64,000 nucleotides of DNA from Anthoceros angustus (lineage: Eukaryota > Plantae > Anthocerotophyta): the NCBI GenBank assembly GCA_010909165.1, contig VJWM01000103.1:372001-436000 (forward strand), read 5' to 3'. Shown here one piece after another: positions 22,437-34,515 of the stretch. Each line of letters starts with the position of its first letter. Position 1 is the stretch's first letter. The notes below the pieces were generated by a model, which was not told the DNA's origin, did not search any database, and saw nothing but the letters and a program-made list of their open reading frames with translations. The position numbers and the translations under genes were made by a program.

Positions 22437-23870
22437 CTATTCGTCCCCCGAGTTCACACCTTCGTCATCGCTTGGCCCAGCGTCCCTACCAGGCGCTGGA
22501 GCGGATCCTACTTGTCCCTCAGCGCTTTCTATTCGATACCAGTGGATAAGAAAGTGAGGTTGTGGTGCATCCAACCTCACGTCCGTTACTTTCCCAATCC
22601 AGAAAGGTCTGTTGTGTATGTCAGTGGTGCATGGCACTGCGAGAAACATTCCCTTCTTGATTTCTGCAATATCGCCATTCAAGCACGCCATTTCACGCTG
22701 CTGCCTTCCAATGATTTGATATGCTCCCAGGTACATATCTCGTTGGGGAAGCTCCCTCAATAGTGCTTCCTCTAGCAAAGCTTCATCAAGTACATGAAGG
22801 GGCTGCGCTGTCTCTTCCTCTTCAACACGGGAGAACCATTTCCAAGGACGGTCCAGAACAAGGCCGATGTGGTTTTCGACAATATGACAATCTCGATGCA
22901 GTCAACCCAGAATTCTTCCCACCACTTGTACTCTTCGGCTGTTACATAAGGTCGCAAACCAACTAGCCCATCCTTCAAATGAGCCACACCTTCCATGGGT
23001 GTGAGTGCCCCTACGGTTCCTTTTTTATCCCGTGCACGTAAGGACATCAAAGACGCTGCTGTTATGGCCTCAGAAGGAACGAAATTTAAAAACTCCAAAC
23101 CTGCCTCCGTTTCCCAAAGCGGTGAAGTTGAATACTGCTTGCTCCTGATGACTGTGACCAGGCCGCGGTCAGGTTTGTCCTCAGCGTAATTTTTGGTCTT
23201 TGGTATGATTATTCAACTTCTTCACCCACGTACTTGACCTCATGCCGTATTGGCGGACATATGTCCGGAAATATGGAACCTCCACCAGAACCTTCACCTC
23301 TGGAGAGGGAGTATATGCCTCCCGCAGAATGTCGTCTGAATATCTCTTTGCGTTTAAGGCTTTTGGAAAAGCAGAAAACATCCGTCTATTTGATCATGGG
23401 TGTGACCAACCAAGAGGAATCCCATTCACTTTTCGAACGTGCCCATATCAACGAGCATGTTCGAGATATGCAAACAATAGCTGATTCTTGTTCTCCCGAC
23501 ATGTATTGTCAAGTTGCAAATACAAAACTTTGGGCAGCACACCATCATAGTTGTGGATGACATCTTGAATGACGCCGATAGTCAAATTGGCATCATTAGG
23601 AGGTTGGCGAGTGCAAAACGCCATGACTTTGTGGGTGTAGTTGTGGATCATGCACCACCACGTGAACTAAATGCGACATTCCTCGCCTAGGTTTTTGGGC
23701 CACCTCAACATGTGCGGTAGCTCTGTCTTCTTCCGTCCATGCCATCGATACATAGCAGCATATACTTATGTGGTTCAACATAACTCTTGCTCGGTGTTTT
23801 GTCATCTTCACGCACGCCGCTAATGCCGCGGTGGGCGTCCAATCTGTTTGATATTTCCGCATAACATATG
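22437..23870 (-). mobile_element. Decayed Sola-like DDD DNA transposase
   Basis: Minus-strand peptides DANLTI...LPKVLYLQLDNTCRENKNQLLFAYL and, from 23380-23430, FLLVGHTHDQID fit the DN..NKN / GH....D pattern of Sola-type transposases. C-terminal PFWIGKV..IHWY segment. Multiple frameshifts. Confidence 0.7.
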
Positions 23871-23983
23871 CACACCGTAGTTTGTGAGTCCCTTTAAAGT
23901 TGTCAACTTACAAGATAAAAACATAGTATGATGTCCGAATCAACGTGGCATCACTCTCGAGATGTGGCAACGTATGTCATGGA

Positions 23984-24480
23984 CCCTACTAGAAAAGGCA
24001 GCCTATGTTACGATCGTTATTGCAATTTCATGTAACACTTCCAAATTGCAACATGCTATTTAGGCTTGGTATTAAGATTGACACTATTCCCTTCTCATGT
24101 CACACCATCTTAACATGAACTGGCTCTCTCTCTCATCACCTCACCTCCTAAGTACAACATCCTCTCGCTAGCATTGTTTATGATTTCAAACATATACAAT
24201 GAAAACTTGCTTATGTTATAGTCCTTTGTTACAATTTCATGTAACACTTTCCATGTGGTACACCCAAAAGTTAGGTGGCTTGGTGTTAAGTTTGTGATTT
24301 TCCTCCACCTTCTCTCACCATCTTAACAACATGCAAGTGGTCTCGACCTTACACCTCGCCATTAAGAGCTTATCATCAAGTTTGTTGGTTTGGTGTTAAG
24401 TTTGTGATTTTGTTTTCCACTTTCTCTTACCATCTTAACAACATGCTCTGGTCTCCTTTCACCTCACACTCCTAGTTAAT
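23984..24480. mobile_element. Probable CACTA-type terminus with subterminal repeats
   Basis: CCCTACTAGAAAA (one mismatch from CACTACTAGAAAA) at 23984 is followed by reiterated motifs CAATTTCATGTAACAC, TTGGTGTTAAGTTTGTGATTT and CCATCTTAACAACATGC. The partner terminus was not found. Confidence 0.45.
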
Positions 24481-24817
24481 GCTCGGATGACACCCATTTC
24501 TTTATTGTTTCCCTCTTTGTGTTGCCATATGATTGTGACAATGAGCTCCCCTCCCACCGGTATTTTATTCTTCCCTTCTTGCTTTTCCTACATAGCAATT
24601 ACAAGAACTCTATCTCTCCCCTGAGGTATCATTCTCTTTCCATCTTCCCTCTTCAATGCACCCTATGTCCACACTGGTTTTCTTTTCAAGCCCCATATAC
24701 AATGAAACCCTTGTTATTGCCTAATTATGTATAGTAGGATTCTACATTATTTATATGTCCATTTATATATACGGTTGGCGGCCGTATTTGTATAATCCTA
24801 CATACATGATCAACACG

Positions 24818-24838
24818 TATATATATATATATATATAT
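24818..24838. repeat. (TA)n microsatellite
   Basis: About 10 TA units read directly. Confidence 0.9.
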
Positions 24839-25916
24839 GAATACATACTCTTTATGTATAGGTACAAATTCATAGATATCTAACCATGCCATAGTTATAA
24901 GTATACACCTCATAGATTAATATATACCTCATCACATTTACCACCAAATGCGACACATGCGCATTACGTTTCTTCAAACGCCCCATTTGTGCGTTTTCCC
25001 TATCTAGACTTCGAATACAAACATGTGCTTGCGACATATGCCATAGTTTTCGGGTTCATTCCACAACCGCTAAAACATATCGAAGGACAATGTAAACGCT
25101 ACGTAAATATGGAATGCCGCTACATGTGTGGCGGTGCAAGGCCGATCTCCCTTCATCTGCTCGTGGATCGACCATCACCCGTCCTCGACGCACTACAAGC
25201 GTGCGTTGCCATCGCCCACAAGCACTCCTCCACCCCACGCACGCGATGGCGGTTTGAATGTCCTCGCATGCGCTTGCCCGGCGTGTTTCATTTGCCGTTT
25301 GCTCCCGCTTTGCACAAGGAAGAAAGGCGGCATCAAAATCCACGAGCGCCCACAAGACAAATCAATCCAGCTTATTGCCGACATGGACTTGCACATACCA
25401 TGTCGTCTGACTCTTCGACGGCGTCATCCGAGTCTCGACTCCTCCTGCATCTTCAATAGCCGCTGCCTTTTGCTCGACCTTTTGGCCTAGCACCTCCGCC
25501 TGCTTTCTCCCGCTCATGTCGACCCTTTGCGGCGGCATTCGAGCCACTAACCTCCACGTGTGCCTTGCACTCGGCCCCATAGGCTGCATAATTCACCGCA
25601 TTAAGTTACGTTAGGCAAAATGATCTGCATTCAATTCATCCCTGCCGCCATTGCCACCAAACTCACACTTTTGGAGACAGATCTTGTGATTCGCCTTGTG
25701 GGTGGCAACACACTCACGCCTCCACCTTCCACACCATCCCCACTGCCTCCGACATCACCTGAGTGTGATGCCCTCCTCGTTCCACCTTCCCTTCCCCTTC
25801 CCCCTCGGGACATGCTATGGTTCCTTCCATCTTTTCGTGCCCTTCACCTGGCACATACCTTTCCTTCTCCTTCTGACCTGCAGCCATGCACACACATCAG
25901 TTACTGTTCACGGCCT

Positions 25917-26640
25917 TCATGTCCTACATGCGCACTTTATTTGACCACAGCTAGCTATTCCACCAAGGCCCCGATCTATCGCCATACCACTCCAGTAGTT
26001 CGGCATGCTCTCCAATCCATGTTTCGCAGCCCATTTCAACTCTTGTACTACTGCGCTCCCTCCCCACCGTTGAACATACCTTCTCTCGAACTCTTTTGCT
26101 CCCATGGGACCAAATGGATTGGTCCCATGCTCGTGCTTTGCAAGTCGAGCTGAAGTTGCGGCTGCTTGTTGTGGGGTTGGCCACACCACCGTGCTTGTGC
26201 AACGTTACCACTGCTTGCTCCACAGCCCGTCTCCACGCCTTGGTGCTGACGTTCGGAGGGTGCAGCCATTTCGCATCTTTTCCCTTCTCCCTCCAAATAA
26301 CCGCAGCCTGTCGCACCTTCTTGCCAACGTTGTGGTTTCTTGTCCGCGAAGCCCCTGCAAACCTGGACACGATATCCTCGCGATCTACACTAGGGAACTC
26401 GTACTCTACCTTCCTCACCAATCTGTCCCTCAAAGTCTCGTCGTGGCTGGACCATGGTACCATCAACTGCATCTTCGCGCACACTAGCTCCAACACGCGC
26501 TGCTGGAAGGCCTTCCGGACCAGTCCCTCCTCGTCGGTGGGCTCTTCCTCCTCATCTTCATTCTCCACCCACCCTCCATCACACACCCGGCTCACAGCCA
26601 TGTAAACCCCCCCACGACCATGCAGCCTGCACAACACGGC
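25917..26640 (-). pseudogene. CACTA accessory (TnpA / Ptta-En/Spm-like) ORF remnant
   Basis: HPPNVSTKAWRRAVEQAVVTLHKHG / RLAKHEHGTNPFGPMGAKEFERRYVQRWG resembles the + strand remnant at ~41100-41420 that follows the CACTA transposase. Confidence 0.45.
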
Positions 26641-28394
26641 AATGATGTCGCCAAGTGGCTTACCGCCAACTTTTCTCGCTCCCCTATCTCTCCTGCGTCA
26701 ATGTTGTCGGTAGGTCCTCCACCTCTTCACCAGCCATTTCTCCACGCCTCCCTCCCGCTTTCACCATCCTCGTGCGGTGGTGTCCTCGCCCGCCTCAGGC
26801 CTCTCGACCCATGTGCGTGTGTTTCGTGGCCTCCCTCCTCTTCCTCCCGGCCTCAAGCAATATCAACTCCAAAGGCCGCACTTTGCTGCCTTGAAAGACC
26901 TCCGCCTCCTTGAGTCCTCCATGGTCACCAAAAATAAGCTCTTCTAGAAGAGCCCGATTCTCCCTCCCGCCATCCAGAAGGTGCGCGTCCTCGGCAACAC
27001 CTCCGTCATCCTCCACATGCCCACAGCGGTCCGCCTCTCTGCACCTCGGGCAATTTCGTACTCTTCAACGGCGTGGAGGGCCCTTTCATAGTCCGCGTCT
27101 GCGTCAGGCAGGTCATCCCCTGCACCCACAAGCTCCACCGTTAGCTGCCCACCTCTTGGAGACAGCACGTCGGAATGAGGAGGATGTGTTGCCGCTGCCT
27201 CCTCCTCATCGGCAACACCTTCCACGGCTGTTACGTGCACCTCCCCTCCCCCGCGAAGCCCCTCCATGCCTCCATTCGGCTCCACGGAAGGACCCTCCCC
27301 GGCATCCACTCCCGCTTCGTCTGCAGAGGCGACAGATACGCCCACATCGCTTGCCTCGGTTCCTCGCTTTGGCACCCGTCCGAGGCCGTTGTGCAATTCC
27401 ACTTGACCATGCGCGCTGCACGGCGTCCTCTCCATTTTCCAAACCTTCAGCCTCTCCGACCGGGCAACAGTGAGCGGCCCTCCGTCTGCTTTTCCACAAC
27501 CACTTCGGGCATCGCCATCCAAGTCACGGGTTATGGTAGCGGGTTGTAGGCTTAAACGCCGCCAAATCTTCAAGTCCACGTCCCAAACCATAGCGAACCA
27601 CGCCAATCGCGACGCCCAGACCTAACCGCGGCGGAGTGCAACCGCGGACGATATGGGTTTTCCGAAGGTGGTAACCTTGTGGTGACGGAGGGAGGGAGGG
27701 GCGAAAAAGGACATGCCACTGGCTCCTTGCCACAAGATGCCATGTTTCCTCCACGCACCTCCACTCTGCCTCCGAATACCCATGTGTCCGCTTATGGCAT
27801 GCCCCATGCCGCCTTTTGCGTATGGACACCGTCACCTCTTTGACGAAGCTTCCATGTCCCCATGCTTCACATATATAGCAATTTTGTACAATACGTGACC
27901 CAAGGACAAATTGGTAACAATGCTCGGATGCCATGTGCCAAGGATGTTGTATGGTCATTCATGCCATGGCCCGCTCAACATGCACACACGGACGAACAAC
28001 ACGTCCGAATCGGTGGTTTTACCTTCTATGTCAAGTGTGCGAGCCATAAAGCGTGCCACTGGCTCCAAAGACGTGACGCCGTCCTTGCCGTGGCGACACC
28101 CACCTATGCCAAGCGCCATGTCCGTGCTTCATATATAGCCCGGCAGATTTGAACGCCTTCTGATCAAGGACGAATTTGGCGCATGCTTTGGATGCCCATG
28201 GGTGAATGGTGTTGTCTGTGTGTCGGCCATGGCTCGCACCCCAGCCATGCCTTTTCCGGCGCACACACCTCGCCTTTTGTTCAAGTTGGCATGTCCCCAT
28301 ACTTCGCATATATAGCGACGACGTGACCCAAGGACTAATTTGGCAACTTAAAGCGGATGCCCATGGGCCATGGATGTTGTTGGTTGTGAGTTCA

Positions 28395-28585
28395 AAATGA
28401 CCATGGTCCAAGGATGGTTAATGCATATGGTGAAAGTGTTGACTACTTTTTCGAGATCCAAGGACCATTGTTAATGCAACCTAATGACCATGGTCCAAGG
28501 ATGGTTAATGCATATGTGATAACAAATACTTTTTCGAGAGCCAAGGACCATTGTTAATGCAATCGGAATGACCATGGTCCAAGTA
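28395..28585. repeat. Short tandem repeat, ~85 bp unit, about 2.3 copies
   Basis: AATGACCATGGTCCAAG recurs at ~28397, ~28483 and ~28567, with shared CCAAGGACCATTGTTAATGCAA. Confidence 0.8.
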
Positions 28586-29215
28586 GTTATTTCACTCCCA
28601 TCGAACCTTGTGGTGATGGAGGAGGGAAGGAGGCGGAGATCATCGAAAAGCCACCCACATCACGCCTTTCCTTTGCGGGCGGACATTATAACCACAATGG
28701 CAATAAACGCCATCTGCCTATTATGATCCTTGCAAGTACATGGCCCGCATACAATATGCCATGACAAAGGACAAGTGTGGTCACAAACTATGATGTATCC
28801 TACTCAAACCCACTTGACTTGGTTGCCTTCATCCAAGTGAAGATACCGCTAATCGGTTAATCCGGTGCGCCATTGCCATAAGTGATGGTGACGGTAGCAT
28901 TTGGCGTGCCATGTCCGTGATGTAAGGAAGACCGTGATCATCATTTCTAGCACAATGGCACTTGGTTTCCACCTCTCGCCTCTTTGACCAGCCTAAGAGA
29001 GATGGCGTCAACCAACGTAGATATAAATAAGATCTCAGATCAAGGCACCGCGGCCCTACAGAAAGCATAATGTCCAGGCGATCGCCAGTCACCATCAACC
29101 GGGGAGACATGTGGATGACACTAAATAAATTGTGAAAACGAATGACAACCCTCACGCAAGGAAGACGGACGCTTGTGGCCTTTTTTATCATATCACGCAG
29201 AGAGCATCGCATTTG

Positions 29216-30768
29216 AATCCGCTACACTCTATGCCCGACTAACTGATCGCCATCCTCATTGCACCTTGCAATAGTGGTCATTCATGGAAATCGAGCGGGA
29301 AAGCTCGCCATGCGTCGCGCCTTTACGAATGTGAACGGTCGAAAGATTCACTGCCTCCATTGCCATGACGCACAAGTGGCCCACGGCCTCATCCGCATGC
29401 ACGGTTTAAATGACCTTGCCCTGGCCTGCTTCATGGTTGTGGCGATCCGCTGTGCTCCAAGCATATGCGTTCGCCTTGTGGAATAGTCGAGGAGGTCGCA
29501 CCATCCCAACCCTTGCCCTCTCCTCTCTTCCTCCGTCTCGCAATTGCCATGGCGGTGTAGGAAACCAACTGCGTTGAGGCTGCGCGGATCGAACCGAGAA
29601 CCACCATTGGTTTGTTGTTCTTCTCCATCTCCCGGCACACCGCTGCCGATGGCATCAAGGACCCCAAGCGCCGGAGGGGCGTTGAGCTCGCCCATCTTAG
29701 TGGGGCTTCTCGGTGCATGCAACTGGAATCCGCGCCACTCTATGCCCGCACTAACCGACCGCCATCCTCATTGCACTTGCAATAGTGGTCATTCATGGAA
29801 ATCGATAGCCGGAAAGCCCGTACTGCGTTTTCCCCTAGAACGGTCGACATGAAAGATTCCTCGACCGTTCCTCCATTCGCCATGACGCACAAGTGGTTGC
29901 CCGCGGCCCTCATCTCATGCACGGTTTAAATGACCTTGCACGGGCCTGCTTCATGGTTGTGGCGATCCGCTGTGCTCCAAGCATATGCGTTCGCCTTGTG
30001 GAATAGTCGAGGAGGTCGCACCATCCCAACCCTTGCCCTCTCCTCTCTTCCTCCGTCTCGCAATTGCCATGGCGGTGTAGGAAACCAACTGCGTTGAGGC
30101 TGCGCGGATCGAACCGAGAACCACCATTGGTTTGTTGTTCTTCTCCATCTCCCGGCACACCGCTGCCGATGGCATCAAGGACCCCAAGCGCCGGAGGGGC
30201 GTTGAGCTCGCCCATCTTAGTGGGGCTTCTCGGTGCATGCAACTGGAATCCGCGCCACTCTATGCCCGCACTAACCGACCGCCATCCTCATTGCACTTGC
30301 AATAGTGGTCATTCATGGAAATCGATAGCCGGAAAGCCCGTACTGCGTTTTCCCCTAGAACGGTCGACATGAAAGATTCCTCGACCGTTCCTCCATTCGC
30401 CATGACGCACAAGTGGTTGCCCGCGGCCCTCATCTCATGCACGGTTTAAATGACCTTGCACGGGCCTCCGCTTCATTGTGGCGATCTGTTGCTCCTCCAA
30501 GCACGGTGCGCCTTGTGGAATAGTCGAGGAGGGCACACTCCCAACCCTTGCCCTCTCCTCCTCTCTTCCGTCTCGCAATTGCCATGGGCAGTGTAGGAAA
30601 CCAACTCGTTGGGCGCCTCGGTCGAGAACCACCATTGGTTTGTTGTTCTCTCCATCTCCCGTGCACACGCCCCTCGCCGATGGCCATCAAGGACCCCAAG
30701 CGCACTGGAGGCGTTGACTCGCCCATCTTAGTGGGGCGTGTCTTCCGTGTGCATGCAACTGAATCCGC
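29216..30768. repeat. Tandem triplication, ~520 bp unit
   Basis: Identical ORF translations are offset by exactly 520 (29544/30064, 29740/30260). GAATCCGC occurs at unit boundaries and the outer parts are more diverged. Confidence 0.92.
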
Positions 30769-32937
30769 CATTGGGGTGGCAATGTGGAAGTCCATGGTCA
30801 CGAGTGGGCTGCAGTATCCAACCTCATGTGGCATGGAAGGTGTCATAAATCGCGCTTGTGAAACCGCTTTCAAGCCGTGACCAGGGCGATCATTTCCTTC
30901 AACCTCGTGGATGTTTGGATTTCTCTTTATATGATGCCCAACGTTCATTTCCTCACCTTCGATGTTGCAACATTGCGATTGTGTGGATATTCTGCGTCAC
31001 ACGCGACGATGGCCATCGAGGAAGAGGGCTGCAGTTCCTATTCGCGGCGATGGCCATCGGCGATGGACGGAGGTTGCTCTCTCACGCCACGGAGGCGAGG
31101 GCTTGGCCGGCGGCTTTTTGTCTCTTGGGCATGATCGTCGTGTTCGGGGCCAGTTATACCTCACATTCGGGTATACTTTCACCATTCTTAAAGGCGTTGG
31201 GAAATGTGATTCCTCCATTTGTACCACGTGTACTACTCATCAACACACCGCAATAAAAGTCGATGACTGTCATGTCCATCCGCGGAATGGATGGATAGGG
31301 TTGGTGCCCATCCATATCTGTGGAGGAGCGTGATAGTCGCGGCCTCGTCTGGCCTCGATGGCATTGGTTTTGTGGTAAGTGGGGTAAGAGAGAGAAAATT
31401 GACCTTTTGGTCATTATTTTACCCAGAGTAAAATTCATTCAGATAGTAGAAAATCATCTACCATCAAGGTACAAAACAATGAACCATACAAGTGGGTAAA
31501 ATCATCTACCATCAAGGTAGAAAATAGAGCACTAGAGTAGAAAACATGACGACCAAGTGAATACTGGGTCTAGAAGCTCATTCTAGAAATCCCACCAAAA
31601 TCGCTCGACAAAAACATTTTCATTAAATAATATTCATGCGGATCCGGGATATACAAAAACCAACAAAGAAACCTTTTCTTTGCGAGTTTCTGTATATCCG
31701 TAATGGCATGAAATACAAATTCAACTAATGAAGAGTAAATACCGGAATAGATTGAACTCGCTAGATTGAACTCTACTTCAACAACAATGGAACCTACAAA
31801 CAAAGCAGCGACACAAACCGTGATTAGTGATACTAGAAAACACGGAAATAATCATAGCAAATACTTAGGAAATGATACTCACCTTATTTAGGAAATTATG
31901 TACAATTATACTGATTGAAAACGTAATTTTCACGACCACTTGGCTTGATTGGCGGTTGTACAGCATCATTCTTGGCAACCAATTGATGAAGCGAGGACTT
32001 GACGAAATTGTCCTTCGCAAGGTGACAACCTAATAAAATACAACCATTGATTTTCAATGTCTGATTAATAAAGAGCATAGAAAACTTACCAATCTCGACG
32101 GATTTTCGCGATAGCGCATGCAAATATCTCGAGGCACATTCTTACTCTCTTTCACTGCAGTCTTGAACCTCTTGCTGCTCTATCTTCCGTGATTTCTCTT
32201 GATGCTTAATGTGCTCTTGTCTCCTCTCCACATTTCTCCCTCGATCTCAAGGGCTTTCTCTCTTGCTTAGAGACTCGTAATTCAAGCGCTTTACGCCTCT
32301 GTCTCTCTATAAGAGCCTCCAAATCCTTTTGCCGAAACTCCAATTCACTGTTTACATCTGTCATACTCAATTCCGTACTCGCCAATCTCGGCAAGCGCTC
32401 AAAGCCACTTCCATTTCCATTTGCGATCCACAGTCTGCGATATCGAGCTACCACACCACATTTACATCTGGTTAACGGATGATGATCACACTCACTATGC
32501 ACAATGCCCTCCAACGGAGGGACCAGCATCCACTTCCCTCATGTATCAATGTTGAAATGAGGGATGATGCTTCCACTAGTCGCAGGATTCACAACGCCAA
32601 GATAAACATAATCGAACTCCAAAAGAACTGAAAACAAACAAACAGACAAAGTCAACCTTGTCAACATATGGAATTTCACTAGAACACCCAGTTGTTGGTC
32701 TGTTATCCATCCGATGCCTTGGCCACCTTTCAAGGTATGTTTGCAACCAAAAACACAGTCTCCCACACGCCATGAGACCAAGATGATTAAACAGATCCAA
32801 CATGGCATGGCAACCAAGGAACGACAATACCAACGAACTTGAGACACGTGGACCAAATGGTGCGAAAACTCGATTCGGTCGACATTGTTCAAAGGTGCCT
32901 TTCATGATGAACAACGAGTTGCCGAGACCTAACACAC

Positions 32938-34515
32938 AAAAAAAGTCGACACGATTAGTCAAAACAAGTCCTACAAACTTGCAACAAATCTCAAACACTT
33001 ACATTGTTAACTGTTGCACTCGCAAGTGATCTTGGTGACTAGAAAATACAATTTCAGTCACATTGAGGGCTTGACGGAAGAACACCCTTAAATCATCGCA
33101 TCCGATTGTTCTTCGTTCAAAAGCTCGATAGGATCGCCGTTCACCGAACAAGGACTCTTCTTTGTGCTGTTTTGCTTGACCCGGCCGGTCATATCGCAAA
33201 CCATATCGAACATCGGAAGGAACATACAAAGGACTCAAATGTCACAAGCTTTCAAAACATATTACCTTGAGAATCCAGATCCGCTTTATGGCCATCACAC
33301 TTCTCCCAAAGATCGAAGGCACAGCCATCGTCAACGTGTAATCATTGTTACACGGCAGCTCTTATTGGTGTAATAGCCAAAGCCCCTTGATATGGTCTTC
33401 ATGAACCTTGACAACATTCCTTTTGAAACACGGAGTTTTGCATACCAAGCCTAGCCAAAAACAAGTCAGACAGATTAGTCCAAAAACAAGTCCTACAAAC
33501 TTGCAACAAATCTCAAACACTTACATTGTTAACTGTTGCACTCGCAAGTGCGATCTTGGTGACTAGAAAATACAATTTCGAGTCACATTGAGGCATTGGC
33601 GGAAGAACACCCAAATCATCCACGCATCCGATTCGGTTCTTCGTTCAAAAGCTCTCGATAGGATCGCGTTCACCGTGAACAAGGACTCTTCTTTGCTTGC
33701 TGTTGCTTGACGGCCGGTCATATTGCAAACCATATAACATCGGGAAGGAACATACAAAGGACTCAAATGTCACAAGCTTTCAAAACATATTACCTTGAGA
33801 ATCCAGCATCCGTTTATGGCGGTCACACTTCTCGGCCTCAAGGCACAGGCCATCGTCAAGCGTGTAATCATTGTTACGGCAGCTCTTATTGGTGTAATAG
33901 CCAGCCCACTTGACCATGGTCTTCATGAACCTTGACAACATTCCTTTTGAAACACGGAGTTTTGCATACCAAGCCTAGCCAAAAACAAGTTAGACAGATT
34001 AGTCCAAAAACAAGTCCTACAAACTTGCAACAAATCTCAAACACTTACATTGTTAACTGTTGCACTCGCAAGTGCGATCTTGGTGACTAGAAAATACAAT
34101 TTCGAGTCACATTGAGGCATTGGCGGAAGAACACCCAAATCATCCACGCATCCGATTCGGTTCTTCGTTCAAAAGCTCTCGATAGGATCGCGTTCACCGT
34201 GAACAAGGACTCTTCTTTGCTTGCTGTTGCTTGACGGCCGGTCATATTGCAAACCATATAACATCGGGAAGGAACATACAAAGGACTCAAATGTCACAAG
34301 CTTTCAAAACATATTACCTTGAGAATCCAGCATCCGTTTATGGCGGTCACACTTCTCGGCCTCAAGGCACAGGCCATCGTCAAGCGTGTAATCATTGTTA
34401 CGGCAGCTCTTATTGGTGTAATAGCCAGCCCACTTGACCATGGTCTTCATGAACCTTGACAACATTCCTTTTGAAACACGGAGTTTTGCATACCAAGCCT
34501 AGCCAAAAACAAGTT
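32938..34515. repeat. Tandem triplication, ~524 bp unit
   Basis: Identical ORFs are offset by 524 (33563/34087, 33707/34231). The first copy is deletion-rich. CAAAAACAAGT-like sequence occurs at the junctions. Confidence 0.92.

Noticed and set aside
31440-31545. CACTAGAGTAGAAAA at 31530 as a CACTA terminus
   Set aside because: The short repeats lie on the wrong side of it, and no matching opposite terminus or TSD was found.
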